Assembly: GCA_022820945.1 (NCBI GenBank)
Contig: JAJEEP010000178.1
Span: forward strand, 60,653-124,652
DNA: 64,000 nt
Source of the DNA: Alphaproteobacteria bacterium
GTDB lineage: Bacteria; Pseudomonadota; Alphaproteobacteria; UBA828
Reading direction: 5' to 3'
Shown: piece by piece, positions 1 to 9,914 of the stretch
Numbering within the stretch: position 1 is the first letter of the stretch
Layout of the letters: each line of letters opens with the position of its first letter
Position numbers and translations under genes: made by a program
Notes under the pieces: generated by a model
The model's database searches: none
The model's input: only the letters and a program-made list of their open reading frames with translations
What the model was told of the DNA's origin: nothing

Positions 1-429
1 GATCAGCTTGCGCCGCTCGGGCTCGCCCGCGCCCCTGGCCATCATCCACAGCATCTTGATCGTGGTGTCGTTGGCCTCCGAGCCCGAATTGACGAAATAG
101 ACCCGCGAGACCTCCATCGGCGCGATCTCCACCAGCTTCTCGGCGAGCACGACCGGGGGCAGCGCGGTGCGCCCGAAGAAGGTGTGATAGGCCGGCATCT
201 GCTTGAGCGCCTCGTGCGCCGCCTGCACCAGCCTCGGCTCGCTGAAGCCCACCACCACGTTCCACAGGCCCGAGACGCTTTCGAGATAGCGCTTGCCATG
301 CGTGTCATGGACGTAGATACCTTCGCCCCGCTCCAGCACGAGAGGGCCATCCCGCTCCAGGCTGGGGAGATGGGTGTAGGAATGAAGATGATGCGCAAGA
401 TCACGCGCCTCGGGGGAGTTCAGCGCCAT
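1..429 (-). CDS. class III pyridoxal-phosphate aminotransferase (omega-transaminase-like); only the N-terminal 143 codons are present, the 3' end lies beyond the window start
   Basis: My own minus-strand translation from the ATG at 429-427 stays open to position 1: MALNSPEARDLAHHLHSYTHLPSLERDGPLVLERGEGIYVHDTHGKRYLESVSGLWNVVVGFSEPRLVQAAHEALKQMPAYHTFFGRT...VYFVNSGSEANDTTIKMLW. It is absent from the ORF track because there is no stop in the window. Confidence 0.75.
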   Translation of the reverse strand, partial: MALNSPEARDLAHHLHSYTHLPSLERDGPLVLERGEGIYVHDTHGKRYLESVSGLWNVVVGFSEPRLVQAAHEALKQMPAYHTFFGRTALPPVVLAEKLVEIAPMEVSRVYFVNSGSEANDTTIKMLWMMARGAGEPERRKLI

Positions 430-509
430 CGCTCGGGACCTCGGATCGTTCCGTGGGTGGAGGCAAGCCTCGCCGACCGCGGCGTTCGACCGCAGACAGC
501 GGGGCAACC

Positions 510-1475
510 ATGCCGAAGGTAATCATACACGATGCGATCGACGAGGCAGGCGTCGATCTCCTGAGGAGCCGTGCCGACCTGGATATCTGCGAGGTGGCGC
601 GGGACGACGACGAGACACTGCGCAGGGAGATTGCGGATGCCGACGGCCTCATCCTGCGCTACCTGCCGTTGCGGGCCGAGATGCTCGAAGCGTCCACCAG
701 GCTCAGGGTCATCGCGCGGCACGGCGTCGGCTGCGACAACATCGACCTGGCGGTCGCATCCGAACGGAAGATCCCCGTTGCCACGGTGGGCGATGCCAAC
801 GCCGTGACGGTTGCCGAGCTCACCCTCTATTTCATGCTCGCGGCGTCGAAGAAGGCCCGTCATTACGACGACTCGGTGCGTCGCGGCGATTTTCTCGTGC
901 GCGAGGCCGCCGACCACCTCGAACTCTACGGGCGTACCGTTCTGATTATCGGCTTCGGGCGCATCGGGCGGCGGGTGGCGGCGCGCTGCCGTGCCTTCGA
1001 GATGAAAGTCGAGTGCTGCGATCCCTACATTTCGCAAATTGAGATCATCAATGCCGGCTGCACGCCGGTCGCCGACCTCGACGAGGCGCTGCCGCGGGCG
1101 GACTACGTCAGTGTGCACGTTCCGCTCAACGACGAGACCCGCCACATGATCGACCGGGAGGCGCTTGCGCGAATGAAGCCGGGCGCGATTCTCGCCAATG
1201 CCGCGCGGGGGCCGATCGTCGATGGCGCAGCCCTTTACGAGGCGCTCGAATCGGGACATCTGGTGGGCGCGGGCCTCGACGTGTTCGACGAGGAGCCGCC
1301 GCGACTCGACGACCCGCTGCTCAGCCATCCGGCCACCGTGCTCATGCCGCACATGGGGGGCTCCTCCCGCGGCGCCTTCATTCGCATGGCGAGGCGATGC
1401 GCGCAGAACGTACTCGACGCGCTCGACGGCAAGCTCGATTCTTCCTTTATATTCAACCCAGAAGCCCTTGATTAG
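510..1475 (+). CDS. D-isomer-specific 2-hydroxyacid dehydrogenase (phosphoglycerate dehydrogenase-like)
   Basis: Taken from ORF 453..1475. Internal ATG at 510 (MPKVIIHD...). NAD-binding motif GFGRIGRRVA. Family-typical stretches ARGPIVDGAALYEAL and GAGLDVFDEEP. Confidence 0.8.
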   Translation: MPKVIIHDAIDEAGVDLLRSRADLDICEVARDDDETLRREIADADGLILRYLPLRAEMLEASTRLRVIARHGVGCDNIDLAVASERKIPVATVGDANAVTVAELTLYFMLAASKKARHYDDSVRRGDFLVREAADHLELYGRTVLIIGFGRIGRRVAARCRAFEMKVECCDPYISQIEIINAGCTPVADLDEALPRADYVSVHVPLNDETRHMIDREALARMKPGAILANAARGPIVDGAALYEALESGHLVGAGLDVFDEEPPRLDDPLLSHPATVLMPHMGGSSRGAFIRMARRCAQNVLDALDGKLDSSFIFNPEALD

Positions 1476-1583
1476 AGCCGTTGCCCGGAGCGGCTATCGG
1501 GTCCCCGATCACCAACGCTTGAACGCGGCCCGGACAATTGGGGGGTTGGCGCGCGCGTAACTTGCGTGTCATAGGGGCCGGCC

Positions 1584-2597
1584 ATGAAACGGCGCGAATC
1601 GCGAATTGGGCTGAAATCAGCGCGCATGGCAGCCAGTGCGGCGCTCGTCGGCGTACTGCTCGCGGGTAGCGCAATGGCGCAGGATGAGGAAGCCGAGAGC
1701 TTCGCCGAGTGGCGCGAGGGGGTGCGCAGCGAGGCGTTGAGCCTCGGCATCGGCGCCACCACCTTCGATACGGCATTCGCGGGAATCGAGCCGATTCCAC
1801 GAGTCATCGAGCTGGATCGGTCCCAGCCCGAAGTCACCATAACCTTCGCCCAGTATCTGGAGCGCGTGGTACCCGACTCGCGCGTGAAGCAAGGCCGAGA
1901 GCTGCTCGCCGAGCACCGCGACCTGCTCGAGCCGATCGGGCGCGAATACGGCGTCCCGCCGCGCTTCATCGTCGCGCTCTGGGGCATCGAGACCAGCTTC
2001 GGCAAATTCCTCGGCGGATTTCCGGTGATCGGCGCGCTCGCGACACTCGCACACGACGGCAGGCGCAGCGCCTATTTCCGCCAGGAGCTGTTGCATGCGC
2101 TCAGAATTCTGGAAGACGGCCACATCACGCCGGACGCGATGGTGGGCAGCTGGGCCGGCGCCATGGGGCAGAGCCAGTTCATGCCGTCGAGCTTCGTGCG
2201 CTACGCCGTGGACCACGACGGCGACGGCAAGCGCGATATCTGGGGTACCCAGGAGGACGTTTTCGCATCGGCGGCGAATTACCTGGCGCAGGCCGGGTGG
2301 CGTGCCGGCGAGACGTGGGGACGGCAGGTGCAGCTGCCGACCCAATTCGACCCCGCGCTCGCCGATCTGAAAAAGGTGAAGAAGACCCTCGCCGAATGGC
2401 AGGCCCTGGGTCTTCGCCGCGCTGATGGCAGCGACCTGCCGCAAGTCGCAATGAGCGGCTCGGTGGTCCTGCCCGGCGGGGAAGGGGGGCCGGCCTATCT
2501 CGTCTATGACAACTACCGGACGATCATGCGGTGGAACCGATCGTTCTACTTTGCGACATCCGTCGGCCTTCTGGCCGACAGGATCGGGGGGCGGTAA
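1584..2597 (+). CDS. lytic murein transglycosylase (MltB/Slt35-like) with signal peptide
   Basis: 337-aa ORF. N-terminal signal ends AGSAMAQ. Contains WGIETSFG, GQSQFMPSSF and DYRTIMRWNRSxxYA, which are typical of the family. Confidence 0.85.
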   Translation: MKRRESRIGLKSARMAASAALVGVLLAGSAMAQDEEAESFAEWREGVRSEALSLGIGATTFDTAFAGIEPIPRVIELDRSQPEVTITFAQYLERVVPDSRVKQGRELLAEHRDLLEPIGREYGVPPRFIVALWGIETSFGKFLGGFPVIGALATLAHDGRRSAYFRQELLHALRILEDGHITPDAMVGSWAGAMGQSQFMPSSFVRYAVDHDGDGKRDIWGTQEDVFASAANYLAQAGWRAGETWGRQVQLPTQFDPALADLKKVKKTLAEWQALGLRRADGSDLPQVAMSGSVVLPGGEGGPAYLVYDNYRTIMRWNRSFYFATSVGLLADRIGGR

Positions 2598-2616
2598 CGG
2601 CCGGCAGGTCCGGCCG

Positions 2617-3564
2617 ATGACCCGAAAGCCGCTTCTCTTCGCCTCGCTGGCGCTCTGCCTGCTCGCATTCGCGGGCTGCAGCGAGGTGGAGCTTGCTCTT
2701 CATGTCGTCAAAAAGTTCAACCTGGAGACAAAGGAGGAGGAACCGCCGGTCCGCGTCGCGAAGCCGCATTACAAGCTCGGCTCGCCCTACCAGATCAATC
2801 ACGTCTGGTACTATCCGAGCTACGATCCCAACTACGACAGGACGGGCGTCGCCTCCTGGTACGGGCCCGCGTTCCACGGCCGGCCCACGGCGAACGGTGA
2901 GCGCTTCGATATGAACGGGGTGACCGCCGCGCACCCGACCTTGCCGCTTCCCAGCCGGGTCCGCGTGACCAACCTCGAAAACGGGCGGCAGCTGGAATTG
3001 CGGGTGAACGACCGCGGTCCGTTCGTCGACGACCGGATCATCGACCTGTCCCGCCGCGCCGCGCAGCTTCTCGGCTTCAAACGCAAGGGCTTGGCCAAGG
3101 TGCGCGTCGAGTACCTCGGGCTGGATCGCCTCAAGCCACCGGCTGCGCCACAACCCGCCGGCCAGCCGGTCGTCGTTGCCGCCGTCGCGCCCGACTCTCC
3201 GCTCAAGCCTCGCTGGACGAAGCCGCCGAACGGAACGGTAGTGCTGCCGCCGGACAAGCCGGGAGGCCTGGCGGCAAGCGTAGACCCGCCCCAGGCGCCG
3301 AACCGTGAGGCTGCCAGCGTCGCGTCACGGAGGCTCCTGGTCGAAGCGGCGGTCCTCCGCGGGCGCGACGAGGCCGACCTTCTGGGCGAACGGGTGCGCT
3401 CGCTTGGCGCCGTCGCGGTGAAGCCGGAACGGCGCAACGGCCGCGTGGTCTACGCGGTGCGCATCGGCCCGGTAGACACGGACGACGAGGCGGAGTTCAT
3501 CCTGGCCGAGCTCAATCGCGCAGGGTTCACCGGTTCGCACATCGTCGCTGCGGGGTATCGCTAG
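2617..3564 (+). CDS. rlpA: septal ring lytic transglycosylase RlpA-family lipoprotein with C-terminal SPOR domain
   Basis: ATG at 2617 inside ORF 2506..3564. Lipobox LLAFAGC. Double-psi barrel motifs ASWYGPAFHGRPTANGERFD and RVTNLENGRQLELRVNDRGPF. SPOR-like C-terminus YAVRIGP. Confidence 0.85.
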   Translation: MTRKPLLFASLALCLLAFAGCSEVELALHVVKKFNLETKEEEPPVRVAKPHYKLGSPYQINHVWYYPSYDPNYDRTGVASWYGPAFHGRPTANGERFDMNGVTAAHPTLPLPSRVRVTNLENGRQLELRVNDRGPFVDDRIIDLSRRAAQLLGFKRKGLAKVRVEYLGLDRLKPPAAPQPAGQPVVVAAVAPDSPLKPRWTKPPNGTVVLPPDKPGGLAASVDPPQAPNREAASVASRRLLVEAAVLRGRDEADLLGERVRSLGAVAVKPERRNGRVVYAVRIGPVDTDDEAEFILAELNRAGFTGSHIVAAGYR

Positions 3565-3645
3565 AGAGAGGTGCTTGGCCCGGCCCCCGGCGAGGGTGTA
3601 CACCTTGGCTCTCGCCCTGATTGGATGCGGAGGAGCCGGAACAAG

Positions 3646-4827
3646 ATGGCCGATGGAACCCCCGTGCGCCGGCGTGCCGGTCTCACCGCCCTCTATTGCG
3701 CCTTGTGCCTCTGCCTGAGCGGTGCCTTCGCCGCCGCGCTGCAGCCTGGGCCGGCCGCAGCGGTCGACACCGAGGCGCAGCAGTTCATCCTGATGGATGC
3801 CGGAACCGGCATGGTTCTCGCCGAGAAGAACGCGGACGAGCCCATGTACCCGGCTTCCATGAGCAAGATCATGACGCTCTACGTGGTCTTCGAGCATCTG
3901 GCGGACGGCCAGCTCGACCTGGAGGACACTTTCACGGTGAGCAAAAAAGCGTGGCGCATGAAAGGCTCACGCATGTTTCTTGAGGTTAATACGAAGGTGA
4001 CCGTCAGCGAACTCTTGCGCGGGGTCATCGTACAGTCGGGCAACGACGCGTGTATCGTGCTGGCAGAGGGTCTGGCTGGCTCGGAGGCCGCCTTTGCCGA
4101 CCTGATGAACGAAAGAGCGGATGAGCTTGGCCTCGCCGACAGCCACTTCACCAACGCCACCGGCTGGCCGGATCCCGATCACATCACGACGGCGCGGGAT
4201 ATCGCCGAGCTGTCGCGGCGCATCATCGAGGACTTCCCCGAATACTACCCGATGTTCGCCGAGAAGAGCTTCACCTACAACGGCATCAAGCAGGGCAACC
4301 GCAACCCGCTGCTCTACCGCTACGACGGTGCTGACGGCCTCAAGACGGGATACACGCAGGCCTCCGGCCACGGCCTTGCCGCATCGGCGAAGCGCGGCGA
4401 GCAGCGCCTGGTGCTGGTCGTGAACGGCATCAACGGCGTCGATACCCGGGCGCGGGAATCGGAACGCCTGCTCAGCTACGGCTTTCGGGCGTTCAAGACC
4501 TACGTCCTGTTCCGCGCGGGCCAGGTGGTGGACACGTTCGATGTCTGGCTCGGCGAGGCCGATGCACTGCCCCTGGTCGCCGAGAGCGACATCGTGCTGA
4601 TGATGCCGCGCAAGTCCCGCAAGGGCATGGTGGTGAAGATCGTGGCCGACGGCCCGATTGCGGCGCCGGTCGAGCAGGGCACGCGGGTGGCCACGCTGGT
4701 GGTGAGCGCGCCGGACGTGGAGACGCGCCAGTGGCCGCTGCTGGCCGGCGCCTCGGTGGACAGCCTCTCCGGTTTCGGCCGGATCGGGGCCGCGATCGAC
4801 GCGCTGATCTGGGGCAAGGGCGGCTAG
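3646..4827 (+). CDS. serine-type D-Ala-D-Ala carboxypeptidase (PBP5/6 class)
   Basis: Taken from ORF 3571..4827. SxxK motif SMSKIMT, SGN motif QSGND, KTG motif LKTGYT. The start is ambiguous (3571, 3625 or 3646). I chose 3646 because GGAGGAG lies about 10 nt upstream. Confidence 0.85.
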   Translation: MADGTPVRRRAGLTALYCALCLCLSGAFAAALQPGPAAAVDTEAQQFILMDAGTGMVLAEKNADEPMYPASMSKIMTLYVVFEHLADGQLDLEDTFTVSKKAWRMKGSRMFLEVNTKVTVSELLRGVIVQSGNDACIVLAEGLAGSEAAFADLMNERADELGLADSHFTNATGWPDPDHITTARDIAELSRRIIEDFPEYYPMFAEKSFTYNGIKQGNRNPLLYRYDGADGLKTGYTQASGHGLAASAKRGEQRLVLVVNGINGVDTRARESERLLSYGFRAFKTYVLFRAGQVVDTFDVWLGEADALPLVAESDIVLMMPRKSRKGMVVKIVADGPIAAPVEQGTRVATLVVSAPDVETRQWPLLAGASVDSLSGFGRIGAAIDALIWGKGG

Positions 4828-4858
4828 TAGCGGGTCGGAAGCCGCCGCCACTCCCGGC

Positions 4859-5497
4859 ATGACGCGCGGACGCTTCATCACGCTGGAAGGCGGCGAGGGC
4901 GCCGGCAAGACCGTTCAGGCCGCCCGGCTCCGGGACGCGCTCGAAGCGCGTGGCGTGGGCACGGTCCTGACCCGCGAGCCCGGCGGGTCGCCGGGAGCCG
5001 AAGAAATTCGTCGGCTTCTCGTCTCGGGCCCGGTGGAGCGCTGGGAGCCGCTGGCCGAGGCCATGCTTCACGCCGCCGCGCGGCGCGACCATGTGCTGCA
5101 CACCATCGAGCCGGCGCTGGAGCGCAGCGACTGGGTCATCTCCGACCGCTTCGTCGATTCGATGATCGTCTACCAGGGCTACGGCCAGGGCGCCGACCTC
5201 GAGGTTCTGGAACGGCTCAGCGCACTCTCTCTCGGAGGCTTCGCGCCCGATCTCACCGTGGTGCTGGACATTCCGGTGGCGGAGGGGCTCCGGCGGGCCG
5301 GCGCGCGCGCGGAATCCAACCGCTACGAGCGCATGGGCACCGAGTTTCACGAGAGGGTGCGGCAGGGCTTCCTCGCCCGCGCCCAGACCGATCCGGAACG
5401 CTTCGCAGTCGTGGACGCGACGGCGGAGCCAGACACCGTCGGCCGCGCGATCCTGAGGGTCGTGCTGGAACGCCTCACAGTTCCGTTCGATGGCTGA
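4859..5497 (+). CDS. tmk: thymidylate kinase
   Basis: 212-aa ORF with P-loop RFITLEGGEGAGKT and the DRF motif. Confidence 0.9.
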   Translation: MTRGRFITLEGGEGAGKTVQAARLRDALEARGVGTVLTREPGGSPGAEEIRRLLVSGPVERWEPLAEAMLHAAARRDHVLHTIEPALERSDWVISDRFVDSMIVYQGYGQGADLEVLERLSALSLGGFAPDLTVVLDIPVAEGLRRAGARAESNRYERMGTEFHERVRQGFLARAQTDPERFAVVDATAEPDTVGRAILRVVLERLTVPFDG

Positions 5498-6569
5498 GGA
5501 CGCCGATTCGGCCTTCGAGTGGCCGGTTCCGCGCGAGAACCCGCATCTGGTGGGGCACGAGGCCGCCGCCGGGGCGCTGCGGGAGGCGTGGGGCAGCGGG
5601 CGGCTCGCCCATGCCTGGCTGCTCGCGGGCCCGCGCGGCATCGGCAAGGCGACGCTGACCTATCGCTTCGCGCGCTTCGTGCTCGCGGGCGGCGAGGGGG
5701 ACGGCGGCGACGGGCTGGCCATGGCGCCGGAGCACGCCGTCTTCCGGCGCATCGCGGCCGGCGGGCACAGCGACCTCGCGGTGATCGAGCGGGGCTTCGG
5801 CGACCGCGGCCGGCTCCGCGCCGAGATCGTGGTGGACGACGTGCGCAAGGCCAACGCCTTCCTCTCGCTCACCGCAGGCGAGGGCGGCTGGCGGGTGGTG
5901 ATCGTCGATGCGGCCGACGAGATGAACCGCAACGCCGCCAACGCCCTGCTCAAGCGCCTGGAGGAGCCGCCGAGCCGCGTGCTGTTTCTTCTGGTCAGCC
6001 ACGCGCCGAGCCGGGTGCCGGCGACGCTGCGCTCGCGCTGCCGCCTGCTCACGCTCTCGCCGCTGCCCGCGCCGGCGCTGGACGGGCTGCTGGCGGACGC
6101 GATGCCCACACTGCCGTCGGCAGAGCGCCGCGTGCTCGGATTGCTCGCCGAAGGCAGCCCCGGCCGCGCGGCGGCGCTGGCGGAGCAGGGCGGAGTCGCG
6201 CTCTACCGGCGCCTCATCGGCCTGGTCGGCGCGCTGCCCGCGCTCGACGTGCGCCCGCTGCACCAGCTTGCCGACGGGCTCGGTGGGCGGGACGGGGTGG
6301 ATCGCATGCGTACGCTCAGCGAGCTGATCCTCTGGTGGCTGGGCCGTTCCATCCGGGCGGCGGCGCGCGGCGAGCTCGACACGATGCAGGAGGTCGTGCC
6401 CGGCGAGAAGGCGAGCGCGGCGCTGCTGCAGGGAGCCGCGCTTGATCGCTGGGTCGGCGTGTGGGAAAACCTCGGCCGCTCGTTTGCGGAGGCGGACGGG
6501 CTGAACCTTGACCCCCGGCAGGTCCTGATCGGCGCGTTCGCATCGCTGCAGGAGGCCGCGCGGGCCTGA
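5490..6569 (+). CDS. holB: DNA polymerase III subunit delta-prime
   Basis: 359-aa ORF. Contains HAWLLAGPRGIGKATL, AANALLKRLEEPP and SRC(R). It overlaps the tmk stop by 8 nt, matching the conserved tmk-holB-metG-tatD order. Confidence 0.85.
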   Translation: MAEDADSAFEWPVPRENPHLVGHEAAAGALREAWGSGRLAHAWLLAGPRGIGKATLTYRFARFVLAGGEGDGGDGLAMAPEHAVFRRIAAGGHSDLAVIERGFGDRGRLRAEIVVDDVRKANAFLSLTAGEGGWRVVIVDAADEMNRNAANALLKRLEEPPSRVLFLLVSHAPSRVPATLRSRCRLLTLSPLPAPALDGLLADAMPTLPSAERRVLGLLAEGSPGRAAALAEQGGVALYRRLIGLVGALPALDVRPLHQLADGLGGRDGVDRMRTLSELILWWLGRSIRAAARGELDTMQEVVPGEKASAALLQGAALDRWVGVWENLGRSFAEADGLNLDPRQVLIGAFASLQEAARA

Positions 6570-6588
6570 ACCGCAGGACCGGAAGCCG

Positions 6589-8148
6589 ATGGCGCCCCGA
6601 GCGGCCTACTACCTCAGCACCCCGATCTACTACGTGAACGATTCGCCCCACATCGGGCACGCCTACACCTCGCTCGCCTGCGACGTGCTGGCCCGCTTCA
6701 TGCGGCTCGACGGGCGCGACGTGATGTTCCTCACCGGCACCGACGAGCACGGCCAGAAGGTCCAGAAATCCGCGATCGCCGCCGGCATGGAACCCCAAGA
6801 GTTCGTCGACCAGGTCTCGGAGCGCTTCCGCGCGCTTGGCGGGGTGATGGGCTACAGCAACGACGACTTCATTCGCACCACCGAGGACCGCCACACGCGC
6901 TCGTGCCAGGAGCTGTGGCGCCGCATCGCGGCCAACGGCCACATCTACCTCGACAAGTATGCGGGCTGGTACTCGGTGCGGGACGAGGCGTTCTGCACCG
7001 AAGCGGAGGTCACGGACGGCCCGGGCGGCGGCAAGGTGACGGTGGCGGACAGCTCACCAGTCGAATGGGTCGAGGAGCCGAGCTACTTCTTCCGCCTCTC
7101 CGACTGGCAGGGGCCGCTGCTGGAGTTCTACGAGAAGAACCCGCAGGCCGTGGCGCCCGAGAGCCGGCGCAACGAGGTGATCAGCTTCGTCTCCGGCGGA
7201 CTGAACGACCTTTCGATATCCCGCGCGAGCCTGAAGTGGGGCATCCCGGTGCCGGACGCGCCGGACCACACCATGTACGTGTGGCTGGATGCGCTCACCA
7301 ACTACATCAGCGCCGCCGGCTTCCCCGACACCGAGTGCGACACCTGGCGCACCTACTGGCCCGCCGACCTGCACATGGTGGGGAAGGACATCCTGCGCTT
7401 TCACACGGTCTACTGGCCGGCCTTCCTGATGGCGGCAGGCGTGGAGCCGCCGACGCGGGTCTTCGCCCACGGCTGGTGGACCAACGAAGGCGAGAAGATG
7501 TCGAAGTCGCTCGGCAACGTGATCGACCCGCATCAGATCGTCGCGCGCTACGGGCTCGATGCCGTGCGCTACTTCCTGCTGCGCGCGCTGCCCTTCGGCA
7601 GCGACGGCGACTTCGCGCACCGGGCCATCGTGGGCCGCATGAACGACGACCTGGCCAACGACTACGGCAACCTGGCGCAGCGGGTGCTGACCATGGCCTA
7701 CCGCAACTGCGGCGCTGCCGTGCCGGAGCCCGGCGCCTTCACCGCGGCGGACGAGGCGATGCTGGGCGCGGCGGAGGCGCTGGTGGACACGGTGCGCGCG
7801 GACATCGGCGAGCAGTCGTTCCACCGGGCGCTGATCCACATCTGGGAGGTGGTGGGGCAGGCCAACCGCTACGTCGACGAGCAGGCGCCCTGGGTGCTGC
7901 GCAAGGAGGACCCGGCGCGCATGGCGACGGTGCTCTACGTGGTGATGGAGACCCTGCGCCACCTCGCGGTGCTGACCCAGGCGTTCATGCCGGACTCCAG
8001 CGGGCGGATGCTGGACCAGTTAGGGGTCGCGGCGGAGGCGCGCGACCTCGCGGCGCTGGGCCCGGACGGGCGGCTCGCAGCGGGGACGCCGCTGCCGAAG
8101 CCGGCGCCGGTTTTCCCGCGATTCGTGGAGGATAGCGCGGACTCCTGA
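6589..8148 (+). CDS. metG: methionine--tRNA ligase
   Basis: 519-aa ORF with the HIGH motif (PHIGHAYT) and KMSKS (EKMSKSLGN). Confidence 0.95.
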   Translation: MAPRAAYYLSTPIYYVNDSPHIGHAYTSLACDVLARFMRLDGRDVMFLTGTDEHGQKVQKSAIAAGMEPQEFVDQVSERFRALGGVMGYSNDDFIRTTEDRHTRSCQELWRRIAANGHIYLDKYAGWYSVRDEAFCTEAEVTDGPGGGKVTVADSSPVEWVEEPSYFFRLSDWQGPLLEFYEKNPQAVAPESRRNEVISFVSGGLNDLSISRASLKWGIPVPDAPDHTMYVWLDALTNYISAAGFPDTECDTWRTYWPADLHMVGKDILRFHTVYWPAFLMAAGVEPPTRVFAHGWWTNEGEKMSKSLGNVIDPHQIVARYGLDAVRYFLLRALPFGSDGDFAHRAIVGRMNDDLANDYGNLAQRVLTMAYRNCGAAVPEPGAFTAADEAMLGAAEALVDTVRADIGEQSFHRALIHIWEVVGQANRYVDEQAPWVLRKEDPARMATVLYVVMETLRHLAVLTQAFMPDSSGRMLDQLGVAAEARDLAALGPDGRLAAGTPLPKPAPVFPRFVEDSADS

Positions 8149-8168
8149 GTCTACAGGCGAGCACGGGG

Positions 8169-8963
8169 ATGCTGGTCGACAGCCACTGCCATCTGGACTT
8201 TCCCGACTTCGGCGACGACCTCGACGGCGTGCTCGCGCGTGCGGCCGAGGCGGGCGTCGGCACCGTGCAGACCATCTGCACGCGAGTGACCCAGTTCGAT
8301 GCCGTGCGGGGGCTGGCCGAGGCGCACGAGCGGATCTGGTGCTCGGTCGGGATCCATCCGCACCACGTGGCCGAGGAGCCGGAGGTGAGCGCCGAGCACC
8401 TGGTGCGCATGGCGGCGCATCCGAAGGTGATCGGCATCGGCGAGACCGGGCTGGACTTCCACTACGACAACAGCCCGCGGCCGCAGCAGGAAGCCAGTTT
8501 TCGCCAGCACATCGCGGCCGCGCGCGAGACCGGGCTGCCGCTGATCGTGCACACGCGGTCTGCGGACGAGGAGACCTGCCGAATTCTGCGCGAGGAGGCG
8601 GGGAAGGGGGCCTTCCCCGGCGTCATCCACTGCTTCAGCGCAGGCCGCGCGGTGGCCGGGACGGCGCTCGACATCGGTCTTCACGTTTCGTTCTCAGGGA
8701 TTCTGACGTTCAAGAAGGCGGAGGAGGTGCGGGCCGTCGCCCGCGACGTGCCGACCGAGCGCCTGCTGGTGGAGACCGATGCGCCCTATCTCGCGCCGGT
8801 GCCCCATCGTGGCCGGCGCAACGAGCCCGCGCACGTGGTGCATACCGCAGCCCGGCTGGCCGAGATCAAGGGGCTGGACGAGGCCGAATTGGCCCGCGTG
8901 ACCACCGAGAACTTCTTCAGGCTATTCTCCAAGTCCACGCCGCACTCATATGATTCGGCATGA
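8169..8963 (+). CDS. tatD: TatD-family metal-dependent hydrolase
   Basis: 264-aa ORF. Contains MLVDSHCHLDF, IGETGLDFHY and the VETDAPYLAP signature. Confidence 0.9.
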   Translation: MLVDSHCHLDFPDFGDDLDGVLARAAEAGVGTVQTICTRVTQFDAVRGLAEAHERIWCSVGIHPHHVAEEPEVSAEHLVRMAAHPKVIGIGETGLDFHYDNSPRPQQEASFRQHIAAARETGLPLIVHTRSADEETCRILREEAGKGAFPGVIHCFSAGRAVAGTALDIGLHVSFSGILTFKKAEEVRAVARDVPTERLLVETDAPYLAPVPHRGRRNEPAHVVHTAARLAEIKGLDEAELARVTTENFFRLFSKSTPHSYDSA

Positions 8964-9730
8964 GAATCATCATTCTCGGCTGCGGCACGTCTAGCGGGGT
9001 CCCGATGATCGGCTGCGACTGCGCGGTGTGCCGCTCGCCCGACCCGCGCAACCGCCGGCGCCGGGTCTCAGTGCTGGTCGAAGCAGGCGGCACGCGGCTG
9101 CTGATCGACACGCCGCCGGACCTGCACGCGCAGCTGGTGGATGCCGAGGTCGCGCACCTGGATGCGGTGCTCTACACCCACGGCCATGCCGATCATGTGC
9201 ATGGCATCGACGACCTGCGTTCCATCAACTTCCATACCGGGCGGGCACTCGACACCTATGGCTCGGCCGCGACGCTGGCGGCGATCCAGGGGCGCTTCGC
9301 CTATGCGTTTCAGCCCATGGGCACAAAGGGTTGGGCGAAGCCCAGCCTGAATGCGGTGACGGTCGAAGGGCCGTTCGAGGCGGCAGGTGTCGCGGTGACG
9401 CCGTTCCCGCAGGAGCACGGGCGCAGCATCACCACCGGCTACCGGATCGGCGCCATGGCGTATTCCACGGATGTGAAGGCGTTCTCGGAGGAGGCCTTCG
9501 CCGCGCTGGAGGGCGTCAAGCTCTGGATCGTCGATTGCCTGGGCTACCGGGAGCATCCCACGCACGCGCACCTCGACCTCACGCTGGAGTGGATCGCGCG
9601 GGTGCGGCCGAAGCTTGCGGTGCTGACGCACATGTCCCATCAGTTCGACTACGAGACGCTGCGGGTGGCGCTGCCGGCCGGCGTGGTTCCGGGGCACGAC
9701 GGGCTCGTAATCGAGACGGATGCGCTGTGA
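8960..9730 (+). CDS. MBL-fold metallo-hydrolase (PhnP/GPP-like)
   Basis: 256-aa ORF. Contains GCGTSSGVP, a CxxC motif, and the HxHxDH motif as THGHADHVHG. There is a 4-nt overlap with tatD. Confidence 0.8.
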   Translation: MRIIILGCGTSSGVPMIGCDCAVCRSPDPRNRRRRVSVLVEAGGTRLLIDTPPDLHAQLVDAEVAHLDAVLYTHGHADHVHGIDDLRSINFHTGRALDTYGSAATLAAIQGRFAYAFQPMGTKGWAKPSLNAVTVEGPFEAAGVAVTPFPQEHGRSITTGYRIGAMAYSTDVKAFSEEAFAALEGVKLWIVDCLGYREHPTHAHLDLTLEWIARVRPKLAVLTHMSHQFDYETLRVALPAGVVPGHDGLVIETDAL

Positions 9731-9914
9731 TGCGCGGGCTAAGCCATTGTGGCGCCTTGGACAATCGGAACCGTCAATTATTTTCCATAATATATCTTAT
9801 GCGAATTAAGTGTCGGGGCGGCCGGGCTAACCGGGCGGTTCATCGGGCGGCGTGCGCGGGCCTGTCCCGCCCCGGACGCTTCATTCCGCGCGCGGCCAAA
9901 ATGGAACCGGATCG

